Of a stretch of DNA of 64,000 nt, positions 10,045 to 19,645 are shown piece by piece. Position 1 is the first letter of the stretch. Each line of letters begins with the position of its first letter. A program made the translations under genes and the position numbers. The DNA is from a virus. Its lineage: Duplodnaviria; Caudoviricetes. The stretch lies in IMG/VR virus record IMGVR_UViG_2875882051_000001, positions 1 through 64,000 of that record; one strand, 5' to 3'. Below the pieces are notes generated by a model. It was given only the letters and a program-made list of their open reading frames with translations, searched no databases and had not been told where the DNA came from.

Positions 10045-10727
10045 TATAAACACCTCCAATTTGGAATTATATCTACCTTAGTTACTCCTGTTCCTGTCCA
10101 ACTCACATTATTCTCTCCTATATCTAAAAATGGGAATTTCCCTGTCATATATTGGCCTTTATTTTCTAGAACACCTCGTAAATCACTATCTATAGTTATG
10201 TTTCCACCTACTATATTTGTAATATTAAAGGTCCTATTATTTATAGTGAAAGCGCATGATCCTGTACCATATATAATTATTTTAGGTAAACTAATATAAC
10301 TTGCCTTACTATTATTTAAAGTTGTGCCACTGGTTAATGTTATTGGCTCTTTCCCTTCAAGCAAATATCCGAACGGCTGACAGTAAAACTGTATCAAAAG
10401 GTTATACATTTGGTTTTCTATTACTTGGCTTATAGGTACAACATTATTAATTCTTGCTTTGTAATATCTATCTGGAATATTACCAAATATAACTTCGCCT
10501 GAACCCTGTAACCAGCTAGCGACATTTAAAGGATTGTTCCCTATATAATCAGCTTCAACTTGTTTTGTATCAGCTGTATATTTCTTGAATTCCGTAAGTG
10601 TTCCATCTCTATCTTCAATATCTACATCATTTACTACAGGTGTACTTAATTGAATAGGGGGAAGAGAAATAATTTTTAATCCTTCATTCTCAGCAACTCT
10701 ACCATTCCAAATTAATGTTTTTTTCAC
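10044..10727 (-). CDS. Distal tail protein (Dit)
   Basis: Between tape measure and Tal; ends GENNVSWTGTGVTKVDIIPNWRCL. Confidence 0.8.
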   Translation of the reverse strand: MKKTLIWNGRVAENEGLKIISLPPIQLSTPVVNDVDIEDRDGTLTEFKKYTADTKQVEADYIGNNPLNVASWLQGSGEVIFGNIPDRYYKARINNVVPISQVIENQMYNLLIQFYCQPFGYLLEGKEPITLTSGTTLNNSKASYISLPKIIIYGTGSCAFTINNRTFNITNIVGGNITIDSDLRGVLENKGQYMTGKFPFLDIGENNVSWTGTGVTKVDIIPNWRCL

Positions 10728-10738
10728 TCTATCCCCTC

Positions 10739-13700
10739 CTAATACTTTTGATTCTTTTTATAGTAAAACCCTACTTCATTCATCCATTGTTCTGTACTTT
10801 GCCCTGTATACAAATTTAAGTTTTGAATAGGCATATTAAGTGACCTATCATTATGGACTACTGAGTTACCCCCATTACTCCTTGCCATATTACTCATAAG
10901 CAATGATTGCATTTGAGCTTGTTCAGCCATTACAGCAGCTCTCATAGCTGCTACTTGACTAGCTATTTCCGACTTTATAAACTGCTCTGTTTGCATGTGA
11001 TTTTTAATTGCTGCACCTTGGCTTACATATGCTACATCGCCTTTAGTGGCCATTTCTGGTGCTATTTCATTTGTATAATATAGCCCAGCTTTATGATTTG
11101 AACTAGTTCCGGTTGCGTAATGTCCTATCTTTGTGCTTTGACTAGCTGTATCATAATAAGTATAAGTTCCAGAATTAGAGTCTGAACCATATTCTGCACC
11201 GCTTCTTATATGAATTAATTCTCCCACTGCTTCTTGAATGGTTTGCTTATTAGAATTTAGTCCAGTTAATAGTGAATCTGATAAGCTTTGACCTGCATTT
11301 TGCCATTGTGGATTATAGGAATTTAATAAATCAACTAACTCTTGGTTATTGCCATTTAACAATATATATCTAGCTTGTGCATTCACTGAGTCGGTTTCTT
11401 GAAGCTTAGAATAATAATCTTTGGTATCTTTTAATTGTTTCTCTAATGTATCCTTTTGTTTGTTGTATTCTTCTTCTAATGCTTTCTTTTTATCATCTGT
11501 ATTCCATTCATCCTGTTGTTTTGACAATTCTTTTTGCAAGTCTTTAATTTGCAACGCATAAGCTTGTTTATCTGCATAGCTAGCAGTGTTGTTCATTTTA
11601 GCTTTTAAGACTGCTATCTTGTTATTATAATCCTGTTCGGTATCACTTCGGCTTGTCTCTGTGCTTTCTTTTTCCAATGCAGCTAATTTTTTATTATAAT
11701 TACTTTCTAGTTTAGTTAATTTAGAATTTATTGAGTTTTCAGCTGCGGTTTCTTCAGCTTTTAATTCATTCTCTATCGCTGTAGTTACAGCTTCGGCTAT
11801 TTTTGTAAGCTTATCTTTCTTTTCCTCTGCAATTTTAACTTGCTGGTCAGCTGAATCCTTAGCATTTTGAATTTCATTTTCAGCAACCATTTTAGCAAGG
11901 TCCATTTCTTTTTCCACACTATCTTGTTTTGCCTTTAGAACCTTTTTTTGAGCTTCTAGTTGCTTCTTGGTGCTTTCATCTGTTGTATTATCTATAGTTG
12001 TATCTAAATCGTCTATATCAGCTTTTATACTGTCAACTTGACTTTTCAATGAAGCGTAATTAGCATCATCTTCAACTTTCATTTTGCTAGCTTTATCTTT
12101 TGAGATATTAGCCATATCTAATTCGTTGTTTAGGCTTGAGAAACTTGAATTACCAGAACTTGAATTAAATGCGTCAACTAAACCATTTGCTAATTTCTCA
12201 TTTAGCTGTATACCATTTTTAGCGCTTTCTTTTGTATTGCTAGAGATATTACCTAATAAGTTATTTTGGGCACTCATAGCACTAAGTAATTTGTTAATAA
12301 CAACACCAAAACGACTATCTACAGCATTAGAAACATCTTTCTTCATTGCATTAACACTAGAGCCATGATCTAATATTCCAGTTCCGCCGCCTAAGTAGTA
12401 TAGTTCGTTTTCACCTGTAGACATTTCCCAGCCATGTTCATGCAAAGTTGTTAGCCCTTCATCTCCGCCACTAGTACCAGTATAATTTGAATCTATTACA
12501 CTTTTAGCAACATTTACGGCAGCATTTACACTTTTCCCTGAAAGTTGCCTAAAAAAGTCACTTATACTTTCTAATATGGATAACGAATTACCAGCATCAA
12601 CATGCACTGATGTATTAGCTTCTTTCCCATTTAAGTCTTCTATCTTTCGATTGGTAGTGTCTATATTTGCATTTGCTTGTTCATTATTAGCTGACGTTTC
12701 CACTGTTGGGGTTTTAGATCCTAATTCATCAGCTTTATCTTCTGTTTCTTTAAATTTTTCTAAAGCGTCTTTATTATTAACATCAATATCCACTTTCGCT
12801 GGACTGCTTGCTAAATGGTCAACTACTGCTTTTTTTACATCATCTGCATTTGCAATAGTTCCATCTTTATTAAATTCAATCTTGACTTGTTCTCCATTTA
12901 TATTTGCTATAGCTACTTTCATTCCATTAGCTTTTTCAATAATAGTCTGCATTTTAGAAACTGTCTCACCAGTATCTATTTTTATGATGCTGTTCCCGTC
13001 AAGTTTTAAATTGCTCATACCGTACTGAACATTAGATGCTAATTGTTGCATTTCCTTAGAAACTTTTTCACCTGTTGCTTTTGCATCATTAGCAAATTTC
13101 TCGCTATATCCGCCAAACTTCCCTGTAAAAGTATCATAAGCACTTGTAATATTTCCTGTAGCTTGATCTACTGTAACATAAATATCATGCCACTTACCTG
13201 TGCTATCTTGTACTCTTTTCATTCCACTTTCGGTAGCATCAGCTATTTCAGAATATTGTTGTTTTAATTTATATAAATCGCCTTGTGTATTCCTATCAGC
13301 TGGCGAAAACATTGTTCCATCAACTTCATTTAAATTACCTTCTAATGATGGATTTTTCTCATAAAGCATATTGAGATATTCTCTACGTTTGGACTTCTCA
13401 ACATTAATTAGATCATCATATTCTTTTTTCTTATCTTCAATTTGCTTCTTATAACTTTCAGCTCTTGCGGTCTCACCAGCTTTTTCGGCTTGTTTTTCCA
13501 TATTGGCAAGTTCATCTAAACCAGTTTTATAAGTTGCACGAGCATCAGCAAAACTTTTTGAAAGATCTTGGGACGCTGATTGGTATTCCTTGGTCGCATC
13601 CTCAGCACTAATTCCTTTTAATCTTTCGCCAAATTGGTTTTTAGTAAAATCTGATTCAGCTGTATTCTTAGCTTCAACCTCAGCTTGAATTTGTTTTACT

Positions 13701-15319
13701 TGTTGTAAGTAGCTTTCAATAGTCTCTACATCTTCTTGACTTAGCTTTCCATGTTCTTGAATCGCCCTTTGCCATCTATCTGTGATTTTATTTTGAATAT
13801 CTTCTACTTGCTTTAATTTTTCGTCGCTTGCTTTTCCGGCTTCATCTAAAACGCCTTGCTCATCTGCATCTATTCCGCCTTTTTCATTGAACATTTTAGA
13901 AAGTTCGTTTTGTAGTTCGCCTTTTCTTTTATTGATTGTAGATTTAGCACCATCAATCATTTCATTTATCTTGCTTTGTATTTTGTCTTGGTTTTCCTTA
14001 CTCATTTTATCATCTGAATTCCCACCAGTAAGAACCATTTCAAAATCATGATATTGCTTTGTAGCTTTTTCAATTCCATCTTTGAAAGAATCTGAAACGC
14101 CTTCCCCGAAGTCTTTGTAAATAAGTTTAGCCTTTTGTAATTCTGCCTTTGACTTAACTACTCCGCCAGTACATGCATTAACTGCTCTTTCCCAGCCATT
14201 CAAATCATCTGTACTAGTATCTACTGATTTGCTTAATAATTCGTGATATGTTACCGCTCCAGCTACTCCAACTATCAACGCACTAGCTGCTCCAGCTGCT
14301 AACCCTCCTGCTACACTAAAACCAGCAAGTGCTGCTTCTCCAGCTTCTGCTCCTGTTCCAATTAGTCCTAACCCTTTTCCTAAAGTTCCACCTAATTTAA
14401 TTAATCCACCTATACTGTTTGTCACTGTTCCGATAGTTTTGGTAACTGGTCCGATAGCCGCTGCAAATAAAGCAGTTTTAATAATGCTTTCTTGCATTGG
14501 TTCTGGTAAATCAGCAAATCTATTCGCCATATCTTGAACTTCATTTGCTATTTTCGTTATTGCTGGTGCTGCTGCTTCTTCTAGTTTAATAGCTGCTGTT
14601 TCAATACTACCTGTCATTTGTTCTATAGCAGATTTAGCATTATCTTGCATAGTTGTTGCCATGTCTTTAGCTGCACCATCAGAATTTTTATAAGACTCTG
14701 TTAAATCATCTAAGCTTTTTTTACCACCTTGCATTAAAACAAGCATTCCACTCATAGCTTCTTGACCGAAAATAGTAGCTGTTAAGTCTTGCTTTTGTTG
14801 TTCTGTTTTACCTTCTAAAGCTTTTGAATATTCTCCAACTATTGTACTTAAAGATTTTAATTTTCCTTGAGAGTCAAAAGCATTAAAACCAATTGATGCC
14901 ATTGCTCCGGCTGCTTCATTACTAGGACTTGCTAATCTAGTCAATGCACTTCTTAAAGTAGTTCCGGCTTGACTTCCTTTGATGCCGCTATTAGCCATTT
15001 CCCCAATAGCTGCTGTAACTTCTTCTAAAGATAATCCCATTGAATGTGCAACAGGCGCTATGTACTTCATCGCTTCGCCCGTATCTGCTACAGCCGCATT
15101 TGTTGCATTGGCATTCTTTGCTAATACGTCAGCCACATGTCCAGCTTGATTAGCTTCTAATCCGAATCCTCTTAATGTACTAGCTGCAATATCAGAACTT
15201 GTTGCAAGACTTTCACCACTTGCTGCTGCTAAATCTAATAATCCTGGCATTGCCGCCATAGTTTCTTGTGTATTAAATCCGGCTGCTGCTAAATTTTCCA
15301 TACCTTCTGCTGCTTGCTT
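10739..15319 (-). CDS. Tape measure protein, exon 2
   Basis: KQAAEGMENLAAAGF...SGIKGSQAGTTLRS TP901-type core; joins exon 1 in frame after splicing. Confidence 0.9.
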   Translation of the reverse strand, partial: KQAAEGMENLAAAGFNTQETMAAMPGLLDLAAASGESLATSSDIAASTLRGFGLEANQAGHVADVLAKNANATNAAVADTGEAMKYIAPVAHSMGLSLEEVTAAIGEMANSGIKGSQAGTTLRSALTRLASPSNEAAGAMASIGFNAFDSQGKLKSLSTIVGEYSKALEGKTEQQKQDLTATIFGQEAMSGMLVLMQGGKKSLDDLTESYKNSDGAAKDMATTMQDNAKSAIEQMTGSIETAAIKLEEAAAPAITKIANEVQDMANRFADLPEPMQESIIKTALFAAAIGPVTKTIGTVTNSIGGLIKLGGTLGKGLGLIGTGAEAGEAALAGFSVAGGLAAGAASALIVGVAGAVTYHELLSKSVDTSTDDLNGWERAVNACTGGVVKSKAELQKAKLIYKDFGEGVSDSFKDGIEKATKQYHDFEMVLTGGNSDDKMSKENQDKIQSKINEMIDGAKSTINKRKGELQNELSKMFNEKGGIDADEQGVLDEAGKASDEKLKQVEDIQNKITDRWQRAIQEHGKLSQEDVETIESYLQQVKQIQAEVEAKNTAESDFTKNQFGERLKGISAEDATKEYQSASQDLSKSFADARATYKTGLDELANMEKQAEKAGETARAESYKKQIEDKKKEYDDLINVEKSKRREYLNMLYEKNPSLEGNLNEVDGTMFSPADRNTQGDLYKLKQQYSEIADATESGMKRVQDSTGKWHDIYVTVDQATGNITSAYDTFTGKFGGYSEKFANDAKATGEKVSKEMQQLASNVQYGMSNLKLDGNSIIKIDTGETVSKMQTIIEKANGMKVAIANINGEQVKIEFNKDGTIANADDVKKAVVDHLASSPAKVDIDVNNKDALEKFKETEDKADELGSKTPTVETSANNEQANANIDTTNRKIEDLNGKEANTSVHVDAGNSLSILESISDFFRQLSGKSVNAAVNVAKSVIDSNYTGTSGGDEGLTTLHEHGWEMSTGENELYYLGGGTGILDHGSSVNAMKKDVSNAVDSRFGVVINKLLSAMSAQNNLLGNISSNTKESAKNGIQLNEKLANGLVDAFNSSSGNSSFSSLNNELDMANISKDKASKMKVEDDANYASLKSQVDSIKADIDDLDTTIDNTTDESTKKQLEAQKKVLKAKQDSVEKEMDLAKMVAENEIQNAKDSADQQVKIAEEKKDKLTKIAEAVTTAIENELKAEETAAENSINSKLTKLESNYNKKLAALEKESTETSRSDTEQDYNNKIAVLKAKMNNTASYADKQAYALQIKDLQKELSKQQDEWNTDDKKKALEEEYNKQKDTLEKQLKDTKDYYSKLQETDSVNAQARYILLNGNNQELVDLLNSYNPQWQNAGQSLSDSLLTGLNSNKQTIQEAVGELIHIRSGAEYGSDSNSGTYTYYDTASQSTKIGHYATGTSSNHKAGLYYTNEIAPEMATKGDVAYVSQGAAIKNHMQTEQFIKSEIASQVAAMRAAVMAEQAQMQSLLMSNMARSNGGNSVVHNDRSLNMPIQNLNLYTGQSTEQWMNEVGFYYKKNQKY

Positions 15320-15588
15320 CAATTGTTATGTATAGATGTTTATTCTATACTCTCCGCATTTCTTACGGAGTATCGGAGTACATTTTCACCTTCGGCATTA
15401 TCCGCTAAGGTGGCAACCACTCTTGGGAACATTATATTTATTCAGTTCCTACTCTCTACGGTGGGTTATAGCCTTTCGCAATCTATAACCTTACCTCGGT
15501 ATTACCATATTAATATATAACTTAGGTTTCACCGATTTTGGTCGCTTATTTATGCTGCTAATTTCTTAACAGTGTGCCAAGTATGTCT
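15320..15588 (-). ncRNA. Group I self-splicing intron (IA-like), 269 nt, no ORF
   Basis: 5' exon ends in U, intron ends in G; P1/P10 guide, P2, P3, P4, P6, P7 (GAGAGUA/UACUCC), P7.1, P8, P9 pair by eye; removal restores DTAFSA|KQAAEG. Confidence 0.92.
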
Positions 15589-16353
15589 AGCACTGAAAGC
15601 AGTATCTTTCCCTAATTGTAAAGCTTGATCGTGTAGTTGTTTGAATTCTTCCCCTGTTGCTCCTGAGATAGCCTTAACTCTCGACATTTGTGCATCAAAG
15701 TCAGCACCAGTTTTTAATGCTACTGCCCCCATTAATGTAAGTGGAGCTGTTACATTTCTTGTGAAAGAATCTCCTACATTGGAAAGTAATTTCCCTGTTT
15801 TACTTATACTTTCAGCTACAGAAAAGTTCTTAAAGCTCTTTTCCGCTTCTTCTACCTTTTTCTTTATATTGTCAATAGATTTAGTTGCAGACATACTGGC
15901 ACTAGAAAAATTGCCATCCAAACCGTTAATGGCATCCTTAGCAGAATCTAAGCTTATCTTTTTATTATTTAAGCTATTTAGTTTAGTTTCCAACTTAGTA
16001 ATACTAGCTTCAGCTTTTTCCATCTGACTAGCTATTTTATTTTGATCTTTTACATTTGTAGCATTCTCATAAGCTTTCTTTAAATTTTCTAGTTTTTCTT
16101 TCTGCTTATCTAATTGAGTGCTAGTTTTTTCTATACTTTTAGAAACATTCTCTAACTGCTTAGGAATTTTGCTAAAATCAATATTCTTGGCTGCTTTACC
16201 AACGTTATTAATAGAACTTTCGGCTTGCTTCATTGCCTTATCAACGCCTTTTCCAAGTCCATCAGCAACCTTTTTACTGGCAGTATCAACATCCTTTTCA
16301 AATCCACTGGTATCAAGCTTAGTATCAATAATTATCTTTCCGTCATTTGCCAT
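15589..16353 (-). CDS. Tape measure protein, exon 1
   Basis: MANDGKIIIDTK start with GGAGGTG RBS; ...FDAQMSRVKAISGATG...GKDTAFSA; spliced product about 1781 aa. Confidence 0.9.
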
Positions 16354-16394
16354 ACAAGTAACACCTCCTTCCAACTAAAAAAGAGCAACCTAAG

Positions 16395-16985
16395 TTACTC
16401 TTGTAGTTCTGATAAATCTCCACCCCTTTTAAGAATTGAAGCCAACTGTTTATTGTGTTTAACTTCACTTTCAGGACGTGGAATTGCATATATTTTTTTT
16501 AATTTTGTATAGTGATCTTTCATATTTTTATCTTGAGTTTTATTTAAATCTATAGCTCGTATAGACATTATTTTCGATATCTCATTATCTTCTTTTAAGG
16601 AATTAAACATAGCTTTAAATTTCCACCAATGAAGATTTGTTTCTTGTAGATCTACTCCATATTGGTCTAAAAATGCACTATAAATTTTATCTCCATCATA
16701 GTCAAAATTATAAATATCTTCTTTATTAGAATTTGCTTTTTTCTTTTTGCTTTCTTCTTTACCACACCTATAAAACCAAATCAGTTTTTCTATCGCTTGA
16801 TTTATATTTAATGGAATGTTAGGGTAATAAATCTCTAATGCTCTAGTAAATATTTCTTGATCATCTAATGATTTGTCATTAAATAATTGCTCAAACTTAA
16901 TAGAAAAACGGAAGTCAGTATTTATTTTAACTTCCGCTCCATCTATTAAAACATATTCGGGCAATTTTTCTAGTAAAATACTCAT
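16395..16985 (-). CDS. Gp15-family tail assembly protein
   Basis: INTDFRFSIKFE...IYSAFLDQYGVDL...LHWWKFKAMF. Confidence 0.85.
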   Translation of the reverse strand: MSILLEKLPEYVLIDGAEVKINTDFRFSIKFEQLFNDKSLDDQEIFTRALEIYYPNIPLNINQAIEKLIWFYRCGKEESKKKKANSNKEDIYNFDYDGDKIYSAFLDQYGVDLQETNLHWWKFKAMFNSLKEDNEISKIMSIRAIDLNKTQDKNMKDHYTKLKKIYAIPRPESEVKHNKQLASILKRGGDLSELQE

Positions 16986-17003
16986 ATCATTGCCCCTTTC
17001 TTA

Positions 17004-17801
17004 CTATGCTTTAGCTGTTACTGTAGCAATACCTGCTTTTTTAGCTTTTAGACTTGAATCAACTTCAACTATGCAAATTCTATTACCTGTAACTGCGGTT
17101 ATATCCGCGCTTCCATTCCATACTTGATATCCTGAACAATCATCATTTAACGCTGGCGCCGTTACTGTACTTGCTGTCTTATACATATAGAAATTACCGC
17201 TTGTTAGTGGTTCAGTTATTGTAATTTTAGTTGTTCCGGTAGCTGAACCTGCAGCTGATGTAACTGTTAATGTTCCAAGAGTTTCTAAATACTCCCCTTC
17301 ATGGAATTCTTTTTCTTGAATATCGAAATATCCGAAGACAGGATCACCAACACAGTTTAAATTTCCTGATCCAGTCATTGTTTCTCCACCAGCACCTTGG
17401 CTGTTTGTAACCTCAACAGCAACCTTAAATTTTCTAGCTTTAAAGTATCTAGTTGAACCTGGTAGCGCAGGCAGGAATAACTCTACTCTTACATATTCTC
17501 TTTCTGCATCAGCTCCAACTGCGTGATTTCTTCCTATAAAATATAATTCTTCAACAGCTTCGATTTCTGCTGCTTCTTCATCATCTGCATCGTTATACAT
17601 TAAATCTAAATCATATGCAAATTTTGTTTTATACCCTTTAATTGTAGTTGATTCATTTTTGTCAGGTATATAAGTTTTACTCTCAACTTGAGCTCCAACA
17701 TCTTCATTAAGAGTATTGAAACCAGTACCCATAAATGCAAATTTCTCTGAAGATTTAATTAATAAATAATCAGCTATATCACTTCTTACTATTTTCTTCA
17801 T
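17004..17801 (-). CDS. Major tail protein
   Basis: MGTGFNTLNEDVGAQVESKTYI motif; C-terminal accessory domain. Confidence 0.8.
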   Translation of the reverse strand: MKKIVRSDIADYLLIKSSEKFAFMGTGFNTLNEDVGAQVESKTYIPDKNESTTIKGYKTKFAYDLDLMYNDADDEEAAEIEAVEELYFIGRNHAVGADAEREYVRVELFLPALPGSTRYFKARKFKVAVEVTNSQGAGGETMTGSGNLNCVGDPVFGYFDIQEKEFHEGEYLETLGTLTVTSAAGSATGTTKITITEPLTSGNFYMYKTASTVTAPALNDDCSGYQVWNGSADITAVTGNRICIVEVDSSLKAKKAGIATVTAKA

Positions 17802-17827
17802 TTATTCATCATCCTTCTTTCATAAAT

Positions 17828-18262
17828 TTATTTTCTCTTTTTTAAGTATTTAAGCCTTAATTCAATTTGATATCTAGCCTTATCCGTAGCTACTTGAAAT
17901 GCGTAACCAGGACTTGTAACCTTTATTTCTTCACTTCTACACTTTCCTTCAAGAGTTGGATAGTTCCCAAGCGAGTTTTGCTCTTCAATCCAATTTGCAA
18001 AGTCCTCATAAAAATCTGAGTTAGCTAGATTTTGCATAATATCAGAACCATAGGGCTCTCTGCTACAAAATATAAATTGAAACTGTCTTTCAGAATCTCC
18101 ATTTATATAGGTATTAAGGACCGGATCACATGGAATCTCCTCTATAGAATAAACTGTAGAATCCTCGCCTAGATAATTTACATTTAATCTAATTCCTCCA
18201 TCGCTTGATTCATTAAGAAAAGGACATGTTAGAATGAATTTTCTTATACTATCAATTATCAT
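17828..18262 (-). CDS. Tail terminator / minor capsid-type protein
   Basis: Position before tail tube; RQFQFIFCSREPY...ARYQIELRLKY. Confidence 0.7.
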   Translation of the reverse strand: MIIDSIRKFILTCPFLNESSDGGIRLNVNYLGEDSTVYSIEEIPCDPVLNTYINGDSERQFQFIFCSREPYGSDIMQNLANSDFYEDFANWIEEQNSLGNYPTLEGKCRSEEIKVTSPGYAFQVATDKARYQIELRLKYLKKRK

Positions 18263-18609
18263 TCAGCATGCCCTCCTACAGAATTTGCTACATTTTTTAA
18301 TATTTGATTACCTTGTTGTTGCCACATTCTTTTATCCCACAGCTTTCCTCTTAATCCACCAGCGCTTTCTCCTTGCGTTCCGTTACCTTCGTTAGTATAG
18401 TATTGTTTAGCTGCATATGGAGCATTATAGGCAACAAAATCAACTCCTAACTCAACACTCATATCCTTTAATCTACCAGTAAGAAAAGGGACATAATTAT
18501 TCATGGCTTTAGCACATTCCTTAGTAAATAAAATCTGTGATGAACCATCTTTATTAAGTCCTCTTTTTCTTAGAATTTCCTGCGTATTTATTTCAATTTT
18601 AAATCCCAT
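18259..18609 (-). CDS. Minor capsid / neck protein
   Basis: NYVPFLTGRLK...YNAPYAAKQYY...RGKLWDKRM. Confidence 0.7.
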   Translation of the reverse strand: MGFKIEINTQEILRKRGLNKDGSSQILFTKECAKAMNNYVPFLTGRLKDMSVELGVDFVAYNAPYAAKQYYTNEGNGTQGESAGGLRGKLWDKRMWQQQGNQILKNVANSVGGHAE

Positions 18610-19013
18610 TACTCAGCTTCCACCTCCCAGTGTCTAGATAATGGTTTTGCCGCTGTAACTGTAACTACATCATCATAATTTTTATCAAGATCTGCTATCT
18701 TAGTAACCTCGAAATTAATATTTCCTTTTACGATTTTATCTCCAAGGCCAAAAGTAAAATAATTAATCCTATCAGCATCAGATAAATTTTTGAATTGTTT
18801 TGGTTGAATATAATTATCTAATTTATCAATTATTATTAGTGTTACATCAGTTACAGTAGCTCCTTTATCTCCGACAGTTTTACCTATAACTAACTTGGTT
18901 TTAGAACTCCAATTTACTCCTTCTATAACAGTTCTTTGATATTTATCTAAGCCAGAACTTTTATCAAAATATTTATTGTAAATTGTTATATCTGAATTAG
19001 GGAATAGAACCAT
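18609..19013 (-). CDS. Head-tail adaptor / closure protein
   Basis: Synteny; MVLFPNSDITIYNKY...HWEV. Confidence 0.65.
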   Translation of the reverse strand: MVLFPNSDITIYNKYFDKSSGLDKYQRTVIEGVNWSSKTKLVIGKTVGDKGATVTDVTLIIIDKLDNYIQPKQFKNLSDADRINYFTFGLGDKIVKGNINFEVTKIADLDKNYDDVVTVTAAKPLSRHWEVEAE

Positions 19014-19017
19014 AAAA

Positions 19018-19305
19018 TCACCCCATTAGTTTCGCATAAGGCGTTGGAAGTAAAGCTTCAATTCCTGGAGTAATAGCCCATGCTTCAACTCCGTTTTGGA
19101 AACTCATGGACTGATTACTTTCTGACATTGAAGAAACACCAATAATTTTAACTGATTTTATCTTACTGGCATTCTCAATCAATTCATCTATAGCTAAGTC
19201 ATAGTTAGTTAGAATATAATCATCAGTAAACTTAGGATTATCTACAACATTCAAATATTTCTTTATAGCAAATATTGCTTTCTTTTGATCTATACTAAGG
19301 TCCAT
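19018..19305 (-). CDS. Head-tail connector protein
   Basis: Synteny after capsid; SMSESNQSMSF. Confidence 0.6.
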   Translation of the reverse strand: MDLSIDQKKAIFAIKKYLNVVDNPKFTDDYILTNYDLAIDELIENASKIKSVKIIGVSSMSESNQSMSFQNGVEAWAITPGIEALLPTPYAKLMG

Positions 19306-19338
19306 ACTATCCCTCCTAAAATAAATGAGGGTAGATAT

Positions 19339-19623
19339 CTACCCCTTTATGTTTTCTTTTATAAATGTAATTAAATCATCCTTATTTAAATTGCTATATC
19401 CCTCTAGGTTCTTTTCCTTACATATAGCCTTAAGTTGATCTACAGTCATACTGCTATAGTCAACTTCCCCATCATTATTTTCCCCCTGTCCGTTATCTTC
19501 TAAGCTTGGATCAGCTATTAATCCATTCTGTATTTGTTCATCTATACAATTTGACTCATGTATATTGAATATTTCAGGGTTATGAATTTCATAGCCACAA
19601 TGTTTACACTTCAATATGATCAC
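19339..19623 (-). CDS. Rho-N/HeH-domain small protein
   Basis: DYSSMTVDQLKAICKEKNLEGYSNLNKDDLI. Confidence 0.75.
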   Translation of the reverse strand: MIILKCKHCGYEIHNPEIFNIHESNCIDEQIQNGLIADPSLEDNGQGENNDGEVDYSSMTVDQLKAICKEKNLEGYSNLNKDDLITFIKENIKG

Positions 19624-19645
19624 TCCATTCTCTAATTTTTAATCT

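Noticed and set aside
12084-13267. + strand ORFs opposite the tape measure gene (and similar shadow ORFs over other genes)
   Set aside because: Antisense shadows of strongly biased coding sequence; Ser/Leu/Phe-rich, no RBS or motifs.
10739-15322. Independent 1527-aa ORF starting at TTG 15322
   Set aside because: The TTG is the last three bases of the intron and has no RBS; the conserved tape measure motif continues from exon 1.
15314-15520. 68-aa + strand ORF as intron-encoded homing endonuclease
   Set aside because: Antisense to the intron core; too short; no LAGLIDADG, HNH or GIY-YIG motif.
17828-18262. Antibiotic resistance gene (I recall this family being labelled chloramphenicol resistance protein)
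   Set aside because: No acetyltransferase motifs; synteny indicates a tail terminator.
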